Shown here one piece after another: positions 7,881 to 18,800 of a DNA stretch of 59,579 nucleotides. Within the stretch, counting starts at the first letter, position 1. The number at the start of each line of letters is the position of its first letter. This stretch comes from an uncultured virus (IMG/VR IMGVR_UViG_3300022602_000041). Its lineage: Duplodnaviria > Heunggongvirae > Uroviricota > Caudoviricetes. Where the stretch lies: IMG/VR virus record IMGVR_UViG_3300022602_000041. One strand, given 5' to 3'. The position numbers were made by a program, and so were the translations under genes. The notes under the pieces were generated by a model. The model did no database searches, was not told the DNA's origin, and was given only the letters and a program-made list of their open reading frames with translations.

Positions 7881-8890
7881 AGGTTATTATAAATTGACAA
7901 CAAAATATTTTTGTCGTAAGTATCGCTTTCGATATTAATAATTTGACTTGAAACAATTTGATCTACACTTTCAAAAGATTGTATATCGATATTTGTATTA
8001 ATTTCAAGATCTTTCTTTTCAGCAATTAGTGTAAGTTCACGAATATTGTATCTATTCATAAAGTCTTCTTTAACAAAACTTGCTTCTTCAAAACTAATAT
8101 CAATATCTAATGTAACACGTAAATGTTGTTTAGGTTTGATAATAGTATCTTGATCATCAATAAGCTGACTTAATTTAACTGTACGGAATGTAGGTTGATC
8201 AGGCCAAATGTGATATTCGGGCTTGCCTCCCCACTCTAATATCATCATGCCTCTATCGTCATCCCACGCATCTGCATAGTTGTGAGGGAAAGCGTTACCG
8301 ATATAAATCATGTTTTTTTGTTGTTGACGTTTATGGAAATGTCCGCTAAATCCTAGCTCGTAGTTCTTGAAATTATCTAATTTCATTTCTCCATGATCGG
8401 GCATTTGTACCATAGCGTTCATGAAAAAGTTAGGCAATTCAAAGTGACCAAAAATGTATTTGCCACCTTTTTTACCTACAGTTTTCCATTCTTCTCCAAC
8501 CAACCACGGACATAAGGTAACATCGCCAATAGTAGTAGGCTCATGTACAACAGTGATACCAGGAATGTATTTTCCAAACTCGACACTATGGATATCTCGC
8601 TTATCTTTGTAGTAAAGGTCGTGATTTCCAGGAAAAAAATAAAAGTTATCAAAAGCCTTTCCAAGTTTTTCCAAGGCCCGGAGGCTATAATCCATAGTAG
8701 TAATGTTGAGACTATTACGATTGTGATGCCAATCGCCCATAAAGATACCTGTATCACAGCCTTCCTCCTTTGCTTTTGCAATATACCAGTCTACAAAATC
8801 TTCGCAATCCTGGTTATGAGCACTACTATTAGATTTTAAACCAAAGTGTATATCTGTAAAGCAGGCTACTTTTTTAAATAAATTACTCAC
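7877..8890 (-). CDS. gp47: Recombination endonuclease nuclease subunit, gp47/Mre11/SbcD-like
   Basis: Metallophosphoesterase motifs DIHFG, GDWHH, GNHD, GHFE, SGHFH. Likely GTG start at 8890 overlapping the gp55 end (the track starts it at 8905). Confidence 0.92.
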   Translation of the reverse strand: MSNLFKKVACFTDIHFGLKSNSSAHNQDCEDFVDWYIAKAKEEGCDTGIFMGDWHHNRNSLNITTMDYSLRALEKLGKAFDNFYFFPGNHDLYYKDKRDIHSVEFGKYIPGITVVHEPTTIGDVTLCPWLVGEEWKTVGKKGGKYIFGHFELPNFFMNAMVQMPDHGEMKLDNFKNYELGFSGHFHKRQQQKNMIYIGNAFPHNYADAWDDDRGMMILEWGGKPEYHIWPDQPTFRTVKLSQLIDDQDTIIKPKQHLRVTLDIDISFEEASFVKEDFMNRYNIRELTLIAEKKDLEINTNIDIQSFESVDQIVSSQIINIESDTYDKNILLSIYNNL

Positions 8891-9722
8891 TAGATGATTC
8901 CTCATTACGTTTTACGGCGGCAGCATGCTCTCCAGCACCAGTTCTACTATAGCTAGGATTCATGCCATTGATTTCTAAAATATCATCGCGAATATTTTGA
9001 TTACGTTTTTCAATATTAATAACTCTGACGAATGAATTAGTAACTGCGGCAGTGAAATAAGCAAACGGATTATCTGATTTGCTTTCATCAAACTGCAATC
9101 CAATTTGGGTTAGTTGCAAAATTGCTTGACCTTTCATTTCGTCATTGTAAGTATAGCCACGCACGTTACCGCGAGTAGCATATCTCTCACATAATTTTAA
9201 CATCATTCGTGCTAAAGTGTTAGTTATTTGGCCGGCATCTTTATCAAACTTGCCCTTAACTAAATCGCCTTTCCAATGACTTTTACCAACACATACTAAT
9301 TGATCTTCCTCATTAAACTTCCAATGTTGGAATGGCGGAAAGTTCACTTTATCTCTATGGTCAGCAAGACTTTTAGGATTCTTTTTACGGGTATTGTTCA
9401 ATGGAATATGATCAAATGTCATAATTCTAAAGACTAAATCAGTCTTTAGAATCTTTTTATAATCAACTTCGCAATCTGCTTGTTTGACTTTTTCACCAGC
9501 CTTTTTGCGAGTTGCATAGTCTGCATCTCCTATCCGCTTTGCACGGTTACGTTTAGCTTCTGCAATAGTTCGAATATTAATTTTTTCGACACTGGGCAGT
9601 ATTATATCATATTGGTGATATTCAGGCTTTTCAAATACACAGTACGAACTTTTCGAACGGTGTATTTCTAATAACATATCTTTGTTGTTTAAATAATTTA
9701 CTTTTGGTGTTGATGGTAGCAT
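8883..9722 (-). CDS. gp55: Late-transcription sigma factor, T4 gp55-like
   Basis: N-terminal NYLNNKDML and core RGYTYNDEM...FDESKSDNPFAYFT...F.R.I.IEK; conserved 55-47-46 order. Confidence 0.88.
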   Translation of the reverse strand: MLPSTPKVNYLNNKDMLLEIHRSKSSYCVFEKPEYHQYDIILPSVEKINIRTIAEAKRNRAKRIGDADYATRKKAGEKVKQADCEVDYKKILKTDLVFRIMTFDHIPLNNTRKKNPKSLADHRDKVNFPPFQHWKFNEEDQLVCVGKSHWKGDLVKGKFDKDAGQITNTLARMMLKLCERYATRGNVRGYTYNDEMKGQAILQLTQIGLQFDESKSDNPFAYFTAAVTNSFVRVINIEKRNQNIRDDILEINGMNPSYSRTGAGEHAAAVKRNEESSSE

Positions 9723-9745
9723 CCTTAAGAGTCCTCTAATGATTA

Positions 9746-9774
9746 ATTATAAACTACGCACTTAATAAAGTCAA
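9746..9774 (-). promoter_or_regulatory. Sigma70-type promoter for the gp55-47-46 operon
   Basis: TTGACT-N17-TATAAT upstream of the gp55 start. Confidence 0.75.
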
Positions 9775-9781
9775 CTAAATA
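9755..9781 (+). promoter_or_regulatory. Late promoter TAAATA with upstream TACGCA element
   Basis: TACGCA-N15-TAAATA ahead of ATG 9805. Confidence 0.55.
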
Positions 9782-9804
9782 TTATATCAAAACAGGATTT
9801 TAAT

Positions 9805-10806
9805 ATGAGTTTTCTCGATTCATTAAATGCATCAACTAATGCGATAGGCGCTGGCGCAAGCGCAGGCAATGCCTTATCAAGTATAAGTAGTGCTGTTAGT
9901 ACAGCGTATAATGCAGGTGATGGTGGTAATTTCATGTCTGCTGTCCGTGCCATTGATTTACCTGCTGCCGGGGAAGCAGTGGGTGATATTGTAAGTGCAG
10001 TTTCGGCATTTGGTGGTGATGCCAATGCCAATGATTGGCGTGTAAGACTAAGTTTAGCCAATTGGTCCAGTTTTAAAACAAGTCCAGTTTTATCACCTTT
10101 AAAAAACGCCGGCGGATTAATATTTCCTTACACTCCTAAAATTGGTATACATAGTACCAGTACATATCAAGGTATAACAACCGTTCACACAAACTATACT
10201 TTTAGGGCTTTTCAAAACAGTGATCCTGGAGAAATAAGTATTACTGCTCCAATGTATGTTTCAGATCCTACAGAAGGTTTGTATTGGATCGCTATGGTTC
10301 ATTATTTACGTAGCCTTACCAAAATGTTCACGGGATCTGATCCAAAAGCTGGTAATCCTCCTCCTATTGTATTTTTAAATGGTTACGGAAACTATGTTTT
10401 TAAAAATGTTCCTGTAGTTGTTCAATCTATGACAGTGGATTTACCTCAAGATTGTGATTACATTGGATGTAACGTAGTAGGTAGTGCGGCAGGTGATGTA
10501 CAAGGAATTGCAGATAGTATCGGTGGATTAGCCGGCGCGGCTAGTGGATTATTTGGCGGCGATAGTGCGGTAGGTGGAATATTAAGTGGTGTGCAAAGTA
10601 TCGCTGGCGGTGTTGGCGCCATAGCAGGACTTGCTGGAACATTTGGATTAGGTGGTACAACAAGCGGAGGTGTAGCTCATGTACCAACTAAGAGTACTTT
10701 CACTGTAAAATTATTGCCAATGTATAGTAGAAATAGTACACGTAACTTCAGTCTTGATAGATTTGTTACTGGCGGTTATCTTAATAACGCATTTGGATAT
10801 ATTTAA
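9805..10806 (+). CDS. Baseplate tail-tube initiator/cap, gp48/gp54-like
   Basis: DWRVRLS, GLIFPYTP, HYLRSLTKMF, GNPPPIVFLNGYG...VPVVV; first gene of the baseplate cluster. Confidence 0.6.
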   Translation: MSFLDSLNASTNAIGAGASAGNALSSISSAVSTAYNAGDGGNFMSAVRAIDLPAAGEAVGDIVSAVSAFGGDANANDWRVRLSLANWSSFKTSPVLSPLKNAGGLIFPYTPKIGIHSTSTYQGITTVHTNYTFRAFQNSDPGEISITAPMYVSDPTEGLYWIAMVHYLRSLTKMFTGSDPKAGNPPPIVFLNGYGNYVFKNVPVVVQSMTVDLPQDCDYIGCNVVGSAAGDVQGIADSIGGLAGAASGLFGGDSAVGGILSGVQSIAGGVGAIAGLAGTFGLGGTTSGGVAHVPTKSTFTVKLLPMYSRNSTRNFSLDRFVTGGYLNNAFGYI

Positions 10807-10807
10807 T

Positions 10808-11110
10808 ATGTCAGCAAATTACGCAAATACAAGTCCTTGGTTTAAAACAAACATAACTAATAATTATTTAGATGTACTGTCAATACGACCAGTAGCTGCC
10901 GATGCCGATGATTTTTTGTACACCATACAACCACAATATACTTACAGACCAGATTTATTAGCATTTGACTTGTATGGAACAGAACGTTTATGGTGGGTAT
11001 TCATGCAACGAAATCTTAATATAATTCAAGATCCAATATTAGATTTTGTTCCAGGAACACAGATTTATATTTGTAAACTTAGTAGTTTAACCACTGCGTT
11101 AGGATTGTAA
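10808..11110 (+). CDS. Baseplate wedge protein, gp53-like (LysM-like)
   Basis: YTYRPDLLAFDLYGTERLWWVF..RN...DP..DF..G..IYI; probable start is ATG 10808. Confidence 0.8.
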   Translation: MSANYANTSPWFKTNITNNYLDVLSIRPVAADADDFLYTIQPQYTYRPDLLAFDLYGTERLWWVFMQRNLNIIQDPILDFVPGTQIYICKLSSLTTALGL

Positions 11111-11111
11111 T

Positions 11112-13460
11112 ATGGGGTTGTTTGACGACAATAGTGGCGGTACTAGCCTTGACAATATTGGTAGTTCTATAGATTCTGCTACAACATCTGTATCAGATTC
11201 TATTAGTTCTGGTATTGATACACTCAGTGCCGGGGCTGCCAGTGCATTAGATTCGGTTAGTGATGCAGTATCTGGAGCTATTGGAGCAGTTAAAGATGTA
11301 CTCGGATCACTTGGTGCAGGCATTACAAAACTAGGCGGTGTACAACTTCCGTTAAAAAATCCTTTATTTGATTATGCAAGCTACAATTATATTATAGGTT
11401 TAGGATGTTTAACAGATGATCAAATGCATCATCCTGATAAAACTTATATTAAAAATCTTAGTTCTATTGCGTTAATTTGCAAAGATGCAAATATAGATCC
11501 TAACAATAGAGTACAAACTCCTTATGGAAAGTTTGATTTTTTTATTAACAATCTAAAATTAGAAAGCATGATTGGCTATGAAAAAGGTAGCGGTAATACT
11601 AATGTTCATGGAATGAGTTTCACAGTTACTGAACCTTATAGCATGGGACAATTTATTTTAGCATGCCAAACTTTGGCACAAAAATTAGGACATAATAATT
11701 TTAGAGAAGCTCCATTTATTATAACAATAGAATTTAGAGGTAATAAAGAAACTGGAGCGATGTCATTAATTCCAGGAACAACAAGAACTATCCCTTTTAC
11801 ATTCCAAGATTTGGATATGACGGTAACTCAAAATGGTTCAGAATATCACTGTACTTGTATGCCTTTTGGTATGTGGCCTCTAACAGATGATGCCGCACTA
11901 TTTAAAACTGAAGCATCTGCACAGGGCAAAACAGTTCAAGAAATGCTACAATCTGGAACAAATAGTTTACAGGCAATGTTAAATGCTCGAGAAAAAGAAC
12001 AAGCTAAAATGTTGCCTAAAGCTAAAGACGGATCAGAGCATGTTCCGAATCAATATTTAATTATGTTTCCAGTAGATTCCAGTAGTTCCTCTAGCCCTGC
12101 ACAAGGAAGCCAATCCTACGAAGATGATACTACCGCAACAACTTCGGATACTAGCCCAGACGGTAGCGGAAGTTCTAGTGCAATATATCAGCAATTAGGC
12201 GTGTCTGTCAGCCCTGCAAACTCTCAATTAGTACAGAACACTACTGCCTGTAACGAAATAGGTAAAGCAATAATGGGGTTTGATGAGAAAAGAAAAGGAG
12301 ATCAGCCTAGTGCAAAGGATAATATTGTGTACAATCCTAAAACTGGTATATTTGCAGGAAGTAAATTAACTGCTAGTAATGATCCTAAAAATTCTGAATT
12401 TAGATTTCCGCAAAATACTAGTATCATGAATGCAATAAGCCAAGTAATTTTACAAAGCAATTATGTAAATGAAGCGCTGGCTAAAGATAGTGTTTCAAAA
12501 GAAGGATATAGAAAATGGTTCAGAATTCAACCCAGATTATATAATATTACAGATGATGTACAGCCTAATACTGGAGTAAAAGCAAAATTAATTGTCTATC
12601 AAATTGTGCCAGCCAATGTACATTCTAGTCGAGCATCACCTCCTAATACACCTGCTCCAGGATTCGGAGAATTAAAAAATCAAGTTGTAAAAGAATACAA
12701 TTATATCTATACTGGTAAAAACGTAGACGTATTAAAGTTTGAAATAAAAATACAAAACGGATTTACAGTTATTATGGGAGCAGATGCTCTTACTAGAACA
12801 CAAGACGAAGTTACAAAGAAACAAACAGGCGGTGCAGAAGGTAGCAACGCACTAGAGCAACCGCAACCAGCAGGAAATAAACCGCCAACAGGGAATAAAG
12901 GTATTGGAATTATGCCTACTATACAAAAGTGGATAGGTACGGTTACTGGTACAGATAAACAAGGCGGCGGCGGTCAAGAAGGTCAAGCTCAACGTGCGGC
13001 AAAACTTTTCAATGATTGTTTCAATACTCCATTTGATATGTATAATTTAGATTTGCAAATTATTGGAGATCCTTATTGGATTATGCAAAGCGGTTTAGGA
13101 AATTATACTAGTAAACAAAGTCAGTTTAGTAATTTAAATGCCGATGGTAGCGCAAATTACGAAAACGGTGAAATAGATATTCAAATTAATTTTAAAACAC
13201 CTATCGATATTAATCAAACTACTGGATTATATGATTTTGGAAAAAGTGCTAAAAGTGTACCTGTGACACAATTTAGTGGATTATATTGTGTACAAAATCT
13301 TGTAAGTGAATTTTCAGGCGGTGAATTTAAACAAACGTTAACAGGCTTCCGCAGACCGCAACAAGAAAACTTATTTACACCACCAGATCCAGGATTAAGT
13401 ACCAAAGGCAGTAAGGTTGTAAAAGAATCAGATGATTCAAATTCTCCACCAACACAATAA
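11112..13460 (+). CDS. Baseplate hub protein, gp27-like
   Basis: Lies between gp53- and gp5-like genes; C-terminal L.IIGDPYW...FSGLY.V....SEFSGGEFKQTL typical of hub/VgrG-N proteins. Confidence 0.6.
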   Translation: MGLFDDNSGGTSLDNIGSSIDSATTSVSDSISSGIDTLSAGAASALDSVSDAVSGAIGAVKDVLGSLGAGITKLGGVQLPLKNPLFDYASYNYIIGLGCLTDDQMHHPDKTYIKNLSSIALICKDANIDPNNRVQTPYGKFDFFINNLKLESMIGYEKGSGNTNVHGMSFTVTEPYSMGQFILACQTLAQKLGHNNFREAPFIITIEFRGNKETGAMSLIPGTTRTIPFTFQDLDMTVTQNGSEYHCTCMPFGMWPLTDDAALFKTEASAQGKTVQEMLQSGTNSLQAMLNAREKEQAKMLPKAKDGSEHVPNQYLIMFPVDSSSSSSPAQGSQSYEDDTTATTSDTSPDGSGSSSAIYQQLGVSVSPANSQLVQNTTACNEIGKAIMGFDEKRKGDQPSAKDNIVYNPKTGIFAGSKLTASNDPKNSEFRFPQNTSIMNAISQVILQSNYVNEALAKDSVSKEGYRKWFRIQPRLYNITDDVQPNTGVKAKLIVYQIVPANVHSSRASPPNTPAPGFGELKNQVVKEYNYIYTGKNVDVLKFEIKIQNGFTVIMGADALTRTQDEVTKKQTGGAEGSNALEQPQPAGNKPPTGNKGIGIMPTIQKWIGTVTGTDKQGGGGQEGQAQRAAKLFNDCFNTPFDMYNLDLQIIGDPYWIMQSGLGNYTSKQSQFSNLNADGSANYENGEIDIQINFKTPIDINQTTGLYDFGKSAKSVPVTQFSGLYCVQNLVSEFSGGEFKQTLTGFRRPQQENLFTPPDPGLSTKGSKVVKESDDSNSPPTQ

Positions 13461-13471
13461 AAGGTTAATAA

Positions 13472-15289
13472 ATGGCATCTAATGACATAAATCAAATGAC
13501 TCCTAGTGCTCCTAGTAAGAGCTCGGGACCATTTTTAGCCAGGGTAGTAAGTCACATGGACAGTACCTATATGGGTATTCTTCAAGTTGAATTGTTAAGA
13601 GCATCTGGCGGAACAGGCACTAGCGGACAGTTAGTACAAGCAAAATATATGAGTCCTTTTTATGGTGTAACTGGTGCCGATTATGTTAAACAAGATCCTG
13701 ACAATTATAATAATACACAAAAAAGTTATGGTATGTGGATGGTTCCGCCTGATGTAGGAACTACGGTAGTAGTTTTTTTCATTGATGGCGACTCTAGAAA
13801 AGCATATTGGATGGGTTGTGTGCCTGATGAAAATATGGATTTCATGGTACCAGGGCTTGCCGCTACAGAAAACAATACTGGTAAAGATCCTTCAGACGAT
13901 TCATTACCAAGCGGCCCGGATGGATCTACACTAAGAATCCCAGTAGCAGAGTATAATAAAAAATTAAATAATTCTTCATCTGATCCTACCAAATTCAAAA
14001 AACCTACTCAACCTTCATTATATAATTCTTTAACCGCTCAAGGGTTAATAATAGACGATGTTAGAGGTATTACTACTAGTAGTGCTAGACGAGAAGCTCC
14101 TAGCATGGTATTTGGTATATCAACCCCAGGGCCGGTAGATAAGCAAGATGGTGCTCAACGAGGTGCAATTGGAAAAGCAGATTCACAAATACCTAATGCT
14201 TTTGTTAGTAGATTAGGCGGTGCAACATTTGTCATGGATGACGGTGACGATAAGTTTTTGCGTAAAACAAAAGCTGGAGAAGGTCCACCAACGTATTCAG
14301 CAGTAGAGCAAGGCGAAACTGATGGCGATGTAACACTTCCGCATAATGAATTGGTTCGTATTAGAACACGTACTGGACATCAAATCTTATTGCACAACAG
14401 CGAGGATTTAATTTATATTACTAATAGCCGCGGCACAGCGTGGATAGAACTGACTAGTAATGGCAAGATTGATATCTATGCACAGGATAGTATTAGTATT
14501 CATACTGAACAAGATTTTAATTTTTATGCTGGCCGTGATTTTAACTTTGAAGCAGGAAGGAACTTTAATCTTAAAGTTGCTAACCGACATCAAACAGAAG
14601 TTGGTGGCGACCAAATCTTAATAGTTGACCAAAATCAACAAATACAAATTAAACAAGATGTCGACATAACTTATGAACAGAATTATAAACACCATGTTGT
14701 AGAACAAGTTGATTGGAATTTTGATGCCAATATTAATTGGAATGTGGGCGGCGGAAGCGGTGGAGGAAATGTTAACTCGACTGTAGGAGGAAATGTTACT
14801 AGTAAAGTTACTGGAACAATAAATGAAACTATAACCGGTAGTGTAATACAAACAATACAAGGTAGTTTAGATCTTAACACTACTGGACATAACAATTTTA
14901 CAGCTGGCGGAGATACAAACATTCTTAGTAGTGGAAATCACGTTGAAACAGCCGCAAATATCCATATGAATGGTCCTACAGCAGCCACCGCAGCCACAGC
15001 AAGTGCTCCGGGCAGTGCTGAAGAAGCAGTAGTTCCAGACCCGTTACCTACATTTGATAATCCAACTCCAGATAATAGTTCAGTTCCAGCAGTTGAAGGA
15101 ACTCCGATTACTAGTATTTTAGCAAGAATACCAACAACAGAACCTTATCCTCTGCACGAGAATTTAGATCCTACTAATCTTACTCCAGATTTAACTGACA
15201 GAGAAAATACTGGAAGTACAGTATCTGTTCCTGATGCCTGGCAAAAATATTCAACTTCTACAGATCCTTTTAACAAGGTTTATACATAA
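13472..15289 (+). CDS. Baseplate central spike, gp5/VgrG-C-like
   Basis: OB-fold region (SYGMWMVPPDVGTTVVVFF...YWMGCV), RTRTGHQILL, then V.GN-type beta-helix repeats ending IHMNG. Confidence 0.8.
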   Translation: MASNDINQMTPSAPSKSSGPFLARVVSHMDSTYMGILQVELLRASGGTGTSGQLVQAKYMSPFYGVTGADYVKQDPDNYNNTQKSYGMWMVPPDVGTTVVVFFIDGDSRKAYWMGCVPDENMDFMVPGLAATENNTGKDPSDDSLPSGPDGSTLRIPVAEYNKKLNNSSSDPTKFKKPTQPSLYNSLTAQGLIIDDVRGITTSSARREAPSMVFGISTPGPVDKQDGAQRGAIGKADSQIPNAFVSRLGGATFVMDDGDDKFLRKTKAGEGPPTYSAVEQGETDGDVTLPHNELVRIRTRTGHQILLHNSEDLIYITNSRGTAWIELTSNGKIDIYAQDSISIHTEQDFNFYAGRDFNFEAGRNFNLKVANRHQTEVGGDQILIVDQNQQIQIKQDVDITYEQNYKHHVVEQVDWNFDANINWNVGGGSGGGNVNSTVGGNVTSKVTGTINETITGSVIQTIQGSLDLNTTGHNNFTAGGDTNILSSGNHVETAANIHMNGPTAATAATASAPGSAEEAVVPDPLPTFDNPTPDNSSVPAVEGTPITSILARIPTTEPYPLHENLDPTNLTPDLTDRENTGSTVSVPDAWQKYSTSTDPFNKVYT

Positions 15290-15298
15290 GGAACACAA

Positions 15299-15757
15299 AT
15301 GGCGTCATTACATAATACTTTAACCATACCAGCAGTTAATACACCAACAATTAACGGCCCAACTGCCAAAACTCCAGTTAGTCCTCAGATGTACAAAGGA
15401 TTCAGTACCGTAAATAATATTAACGGTAATTACGTTTTATATGATTTTGAATTAATTAAACAAGATTTATTAAATGCGTTTAATGTTAAACAAGGCGAAC
15501 GTTTAATGAACGCAAACTATGGATGCATCATATGGGCGTTGATATTTGAACCGTTAACTCCTGAAGTTCAAGATCTTATACAGCAAAATGTAAACGTAAT
15601 CCTTAATGCCGATCCTAGAGTACAAGCTGGCAATATACTAATAACACCATATGATACCGGGCTGTCAATACAATGCACATTAAAATATTTGCCCTACAAT
15701 ATACAACAAGACTTACAATTTCAGTTTGATCAAAATAATGGCCTGCTCACGCAATAA
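15299..15757 (+). CDS. gp25: Baseplate wedge subunit, gp25-like
   Basis: YKGFST, D.ELIKQDLLN.F....GERLMN..YG..IW..IFEP, DPRV. Confidence 0.88.
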   Translation: MASLHNTLTIPAVNTPTINGPTAKTPVSPQMYKGFSTVNNINGNYVLYDFELIKQDLLNAFNVKQGERLMNANYGCIIWALIFEPLTPEVQDLIQQNVNVILNADPRVQAGNILITPYDTGLSIQCTLKYLPYNIQQDLQFQFDQNNGLLTQ

Positions 15758-15759
15758 AG

Positions 15760-15786
15760 TACGCATAGAATTTTATTCAATAAATA
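15760..15786 (+). promoter_or_regulatory. Late promoter ATAAATA with upstream TACGCA element
   Basis: TACGCA-N15-TAAATA ahead of ATG 15805. Confidence 0.6.
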
Positions 15787-15804
15787 CTGATAATAGGAAA
15801 CATT

Positions 15805-18800
15805 ATGAGCTCAACAGATAGACAAAATAACCTGTTAATAAGTGAAAACTGGCAAAAAATATATCAATCTTTCAAGAACGCTGATTTTCAAAGCTACGAC
15901 TTTGATAATTTACGTCGTACAATGATTGATTATATACGAACTAATTTTCCAGAAGATTTTAATGATTATATAGAAAGCAGTGAATACCTAGCTTTAATTG
16001 ATTTAATAGCATTTATTGGTCAGAGTATTGCCTTTCGTGTTGATTTAAATGCTCGAGAAAACTTTTTAGAATTAGCTGAACGTCGTGAAAGTGTACTACG
16101 TTTAGCTCGCATGATTAGTTATAATGCCACAAGAAGTGTCCCAGCCAGCGGTTTATTAAAATTCAACACAGTACAGACAACAGATACCGTTTTAGATAGT
16201 AACGGTATTAATTTAGCAGGGCAAGTAATTACATGGAATGATTCTAGCAATAGTAATTGGTATGACCAATTTATTAGAATTTTAAATGCGGCATTCCCAT
16301 CTACCCAACAATTTGGAACACCTATAGATCAAGCAACTATATATGGAATTCCTACAAGCCAGTATAGATTTAATGCTTCTAACACAAATATTCCAACTTA
16401 CAGTTTTTCTAGTTCTATTTCTGGTTACAGCATGAATTTTGAAGTAACTAGCACAACGTTTAGTGGAAAAGATTATATTTACGAAGAACCTCCTAAGTTA
16501 GGAAATCATATTGCCTGTGTATATAGAGATGACGGATACGGTGCAGGAAGTCCTACTACAGGATTCTTTTTTAACTTTACACAAGGTACACTAAACCAGT
16601 CGACTTTTAATATAACTCAGCCATCTAGTAACCAAACAATTAATATTAATTCTCAAAATATTAATAATAACGATGTATGGTTATGGCAACTAGACCAAAG
16701 TACTAATCTAGAAAATACATTATGGATTAAAGTTCCGTCATTAACTGGAAATAATGTAATTTATAATAGTTTGAATTTAAACACTCAAACAATTTATAAT
16801 GTAATTACAAGAGCCGGTGATACAATTGCTTTAGGATTTGCTGACGGAACATTTGGAAAATTGCCCCTAGGTAATTTTAGAGTATATTATCGATTAAGCA
16901 ACGGGTTGGCATATTCAATTAACCCTACAGATATTATTAATGTCAGTATTGATATTCCTTACGTTAACAGTCAAGGTCAAAATCAAGTATTAACTGTAAC
17001 ATTAAACTTAGCTACAAGCGTAACAAATGCAACAGCATCCGAGTCTAATGCTAGTATTCAACAAAACGCACCTCAAAATTATTATACACAAAATAGAATG
17101 ATTACTGGGGAAGATTATAATATTAGCCCCTTAACAACTACACAAAGTGTTGCTAAAGTAAAAGCTATTAATAGAACTAGTAGTGGTATAAGTCGTTATT
17201 TTGATTTAATTGATCCAACAGGAAAATACAGTAAAACTAATTTGTTTGGTGATGATGGTATAATTTATCAAGAACCTTATGTCTTAACAACTACGTTTAC
17301 CTATGTGACACAGACTGATATTGAAGCTGTGATTTACAATACAATTTTTGAAATATTAGAAAATCCTAATTTACGTAATTTTTATTATGCAAATTATATT
17401 AATAACATAGCTGAAAGTTTAAATGTATCTTGGACTGCTGTAACTATTGATAGCAATAGTAGTACAGGATTTATTAAAAATATAAATGACAGCGTAGTTG
17501 TTAAATTAGGATCATTTACTAGCACAGATTTAGTTTATTTTGCATCAGGATCTTTAGTTAAATTCTCTGCACCAACCGGACAATATTTTAATACTAAGAA
17601 AAATAATGCGTTGGCAACAATTCCTGCAAGCGGAATTCCAAACGGAGGAACAAATTATTTGTGGGCTCAAGTAGTATCTGTATCAGGTGATGGTACATCA
17701 GGCGGAACAGGTATACTTTCTACAGGGTATGGCACGGTTACATTAAATCAAGTTATACCTACAGGAGCTATATTAACTCATTCATTGCCACAATTAATTA
17801 CAATTATTCAGCCTTCCGTTATTACTACAATGATTGATTTGATTTTTAGTAATACTCCTTTTGGATTGAGCTACAATGATATTACACAAAACTGGCAAAT
17901 TATTTTTGAAACAAATCTTAACACAATAAATTCTTTTAGTTTAAGTAATCAAGGAAATATATCAGGTTCACAACAAGACTCTAGTTGGATGTTATTATTC
18001 ACTACAAATAATGTAAATTATACAGTTACTACACGATTATTAAGATATGTCTTCGAAAGCGATAAGGAAGTTACATTTTATTTTGATAGTACAACGCCAG
18101 TATATGATACAGTATCTGGCACAACTATTTTAGATAATTTAAAAATATTAAGTATAAACACACAACCTAATTCTTCATATCCATTCACGTTAGATCTTGA
18201 TTGGCAAATTATTTCAGATTACGTTGGACTTGATGGTTACACTGATCCAACTAAAATCGTAGTGGCATTTGCTAGTAGTACAAATAATGGTATAGTTGAT
18301 AATCCGCAATTATTTTTAGATATAGTTAATCCTGATAATTTAACAACATTTATTGTCTTGCAAAAATATTTAATTAGTGCTGGCCAAGAAGATTATCAAT
18401 ATGTAAACAACGATGATGATTTAGTAATAATTGTTCCAACTCAAAGTGCTATTGGTGCCTTAACACAATATACTGATGGACAGTATTTTTACTGTATAGA
18501 TACACAAACATCTTTGCAATATAATGCATCTACTAGTAGACTAAATCCTACATTAGATGTATTAGTATATGTCGGTAGAGATAAACTAAAATTCCAATAT
18601 ACACATAATGCAGATTATGATAGCAGAATTGATCCAGGCGCAAGCAACATTATGGATGTGTATGTTTTAACTAACAGTTATGATACAGCATTTAGACAGT
18701 GGGTTTTAGCAGGTGCACCTAGCGATGGAAGTGAACCATTACCTCCAAGCAGTGCAGAGTTAAACAGTTTATTAAGTTCTAGTCTTAACCCAATAAAAGC

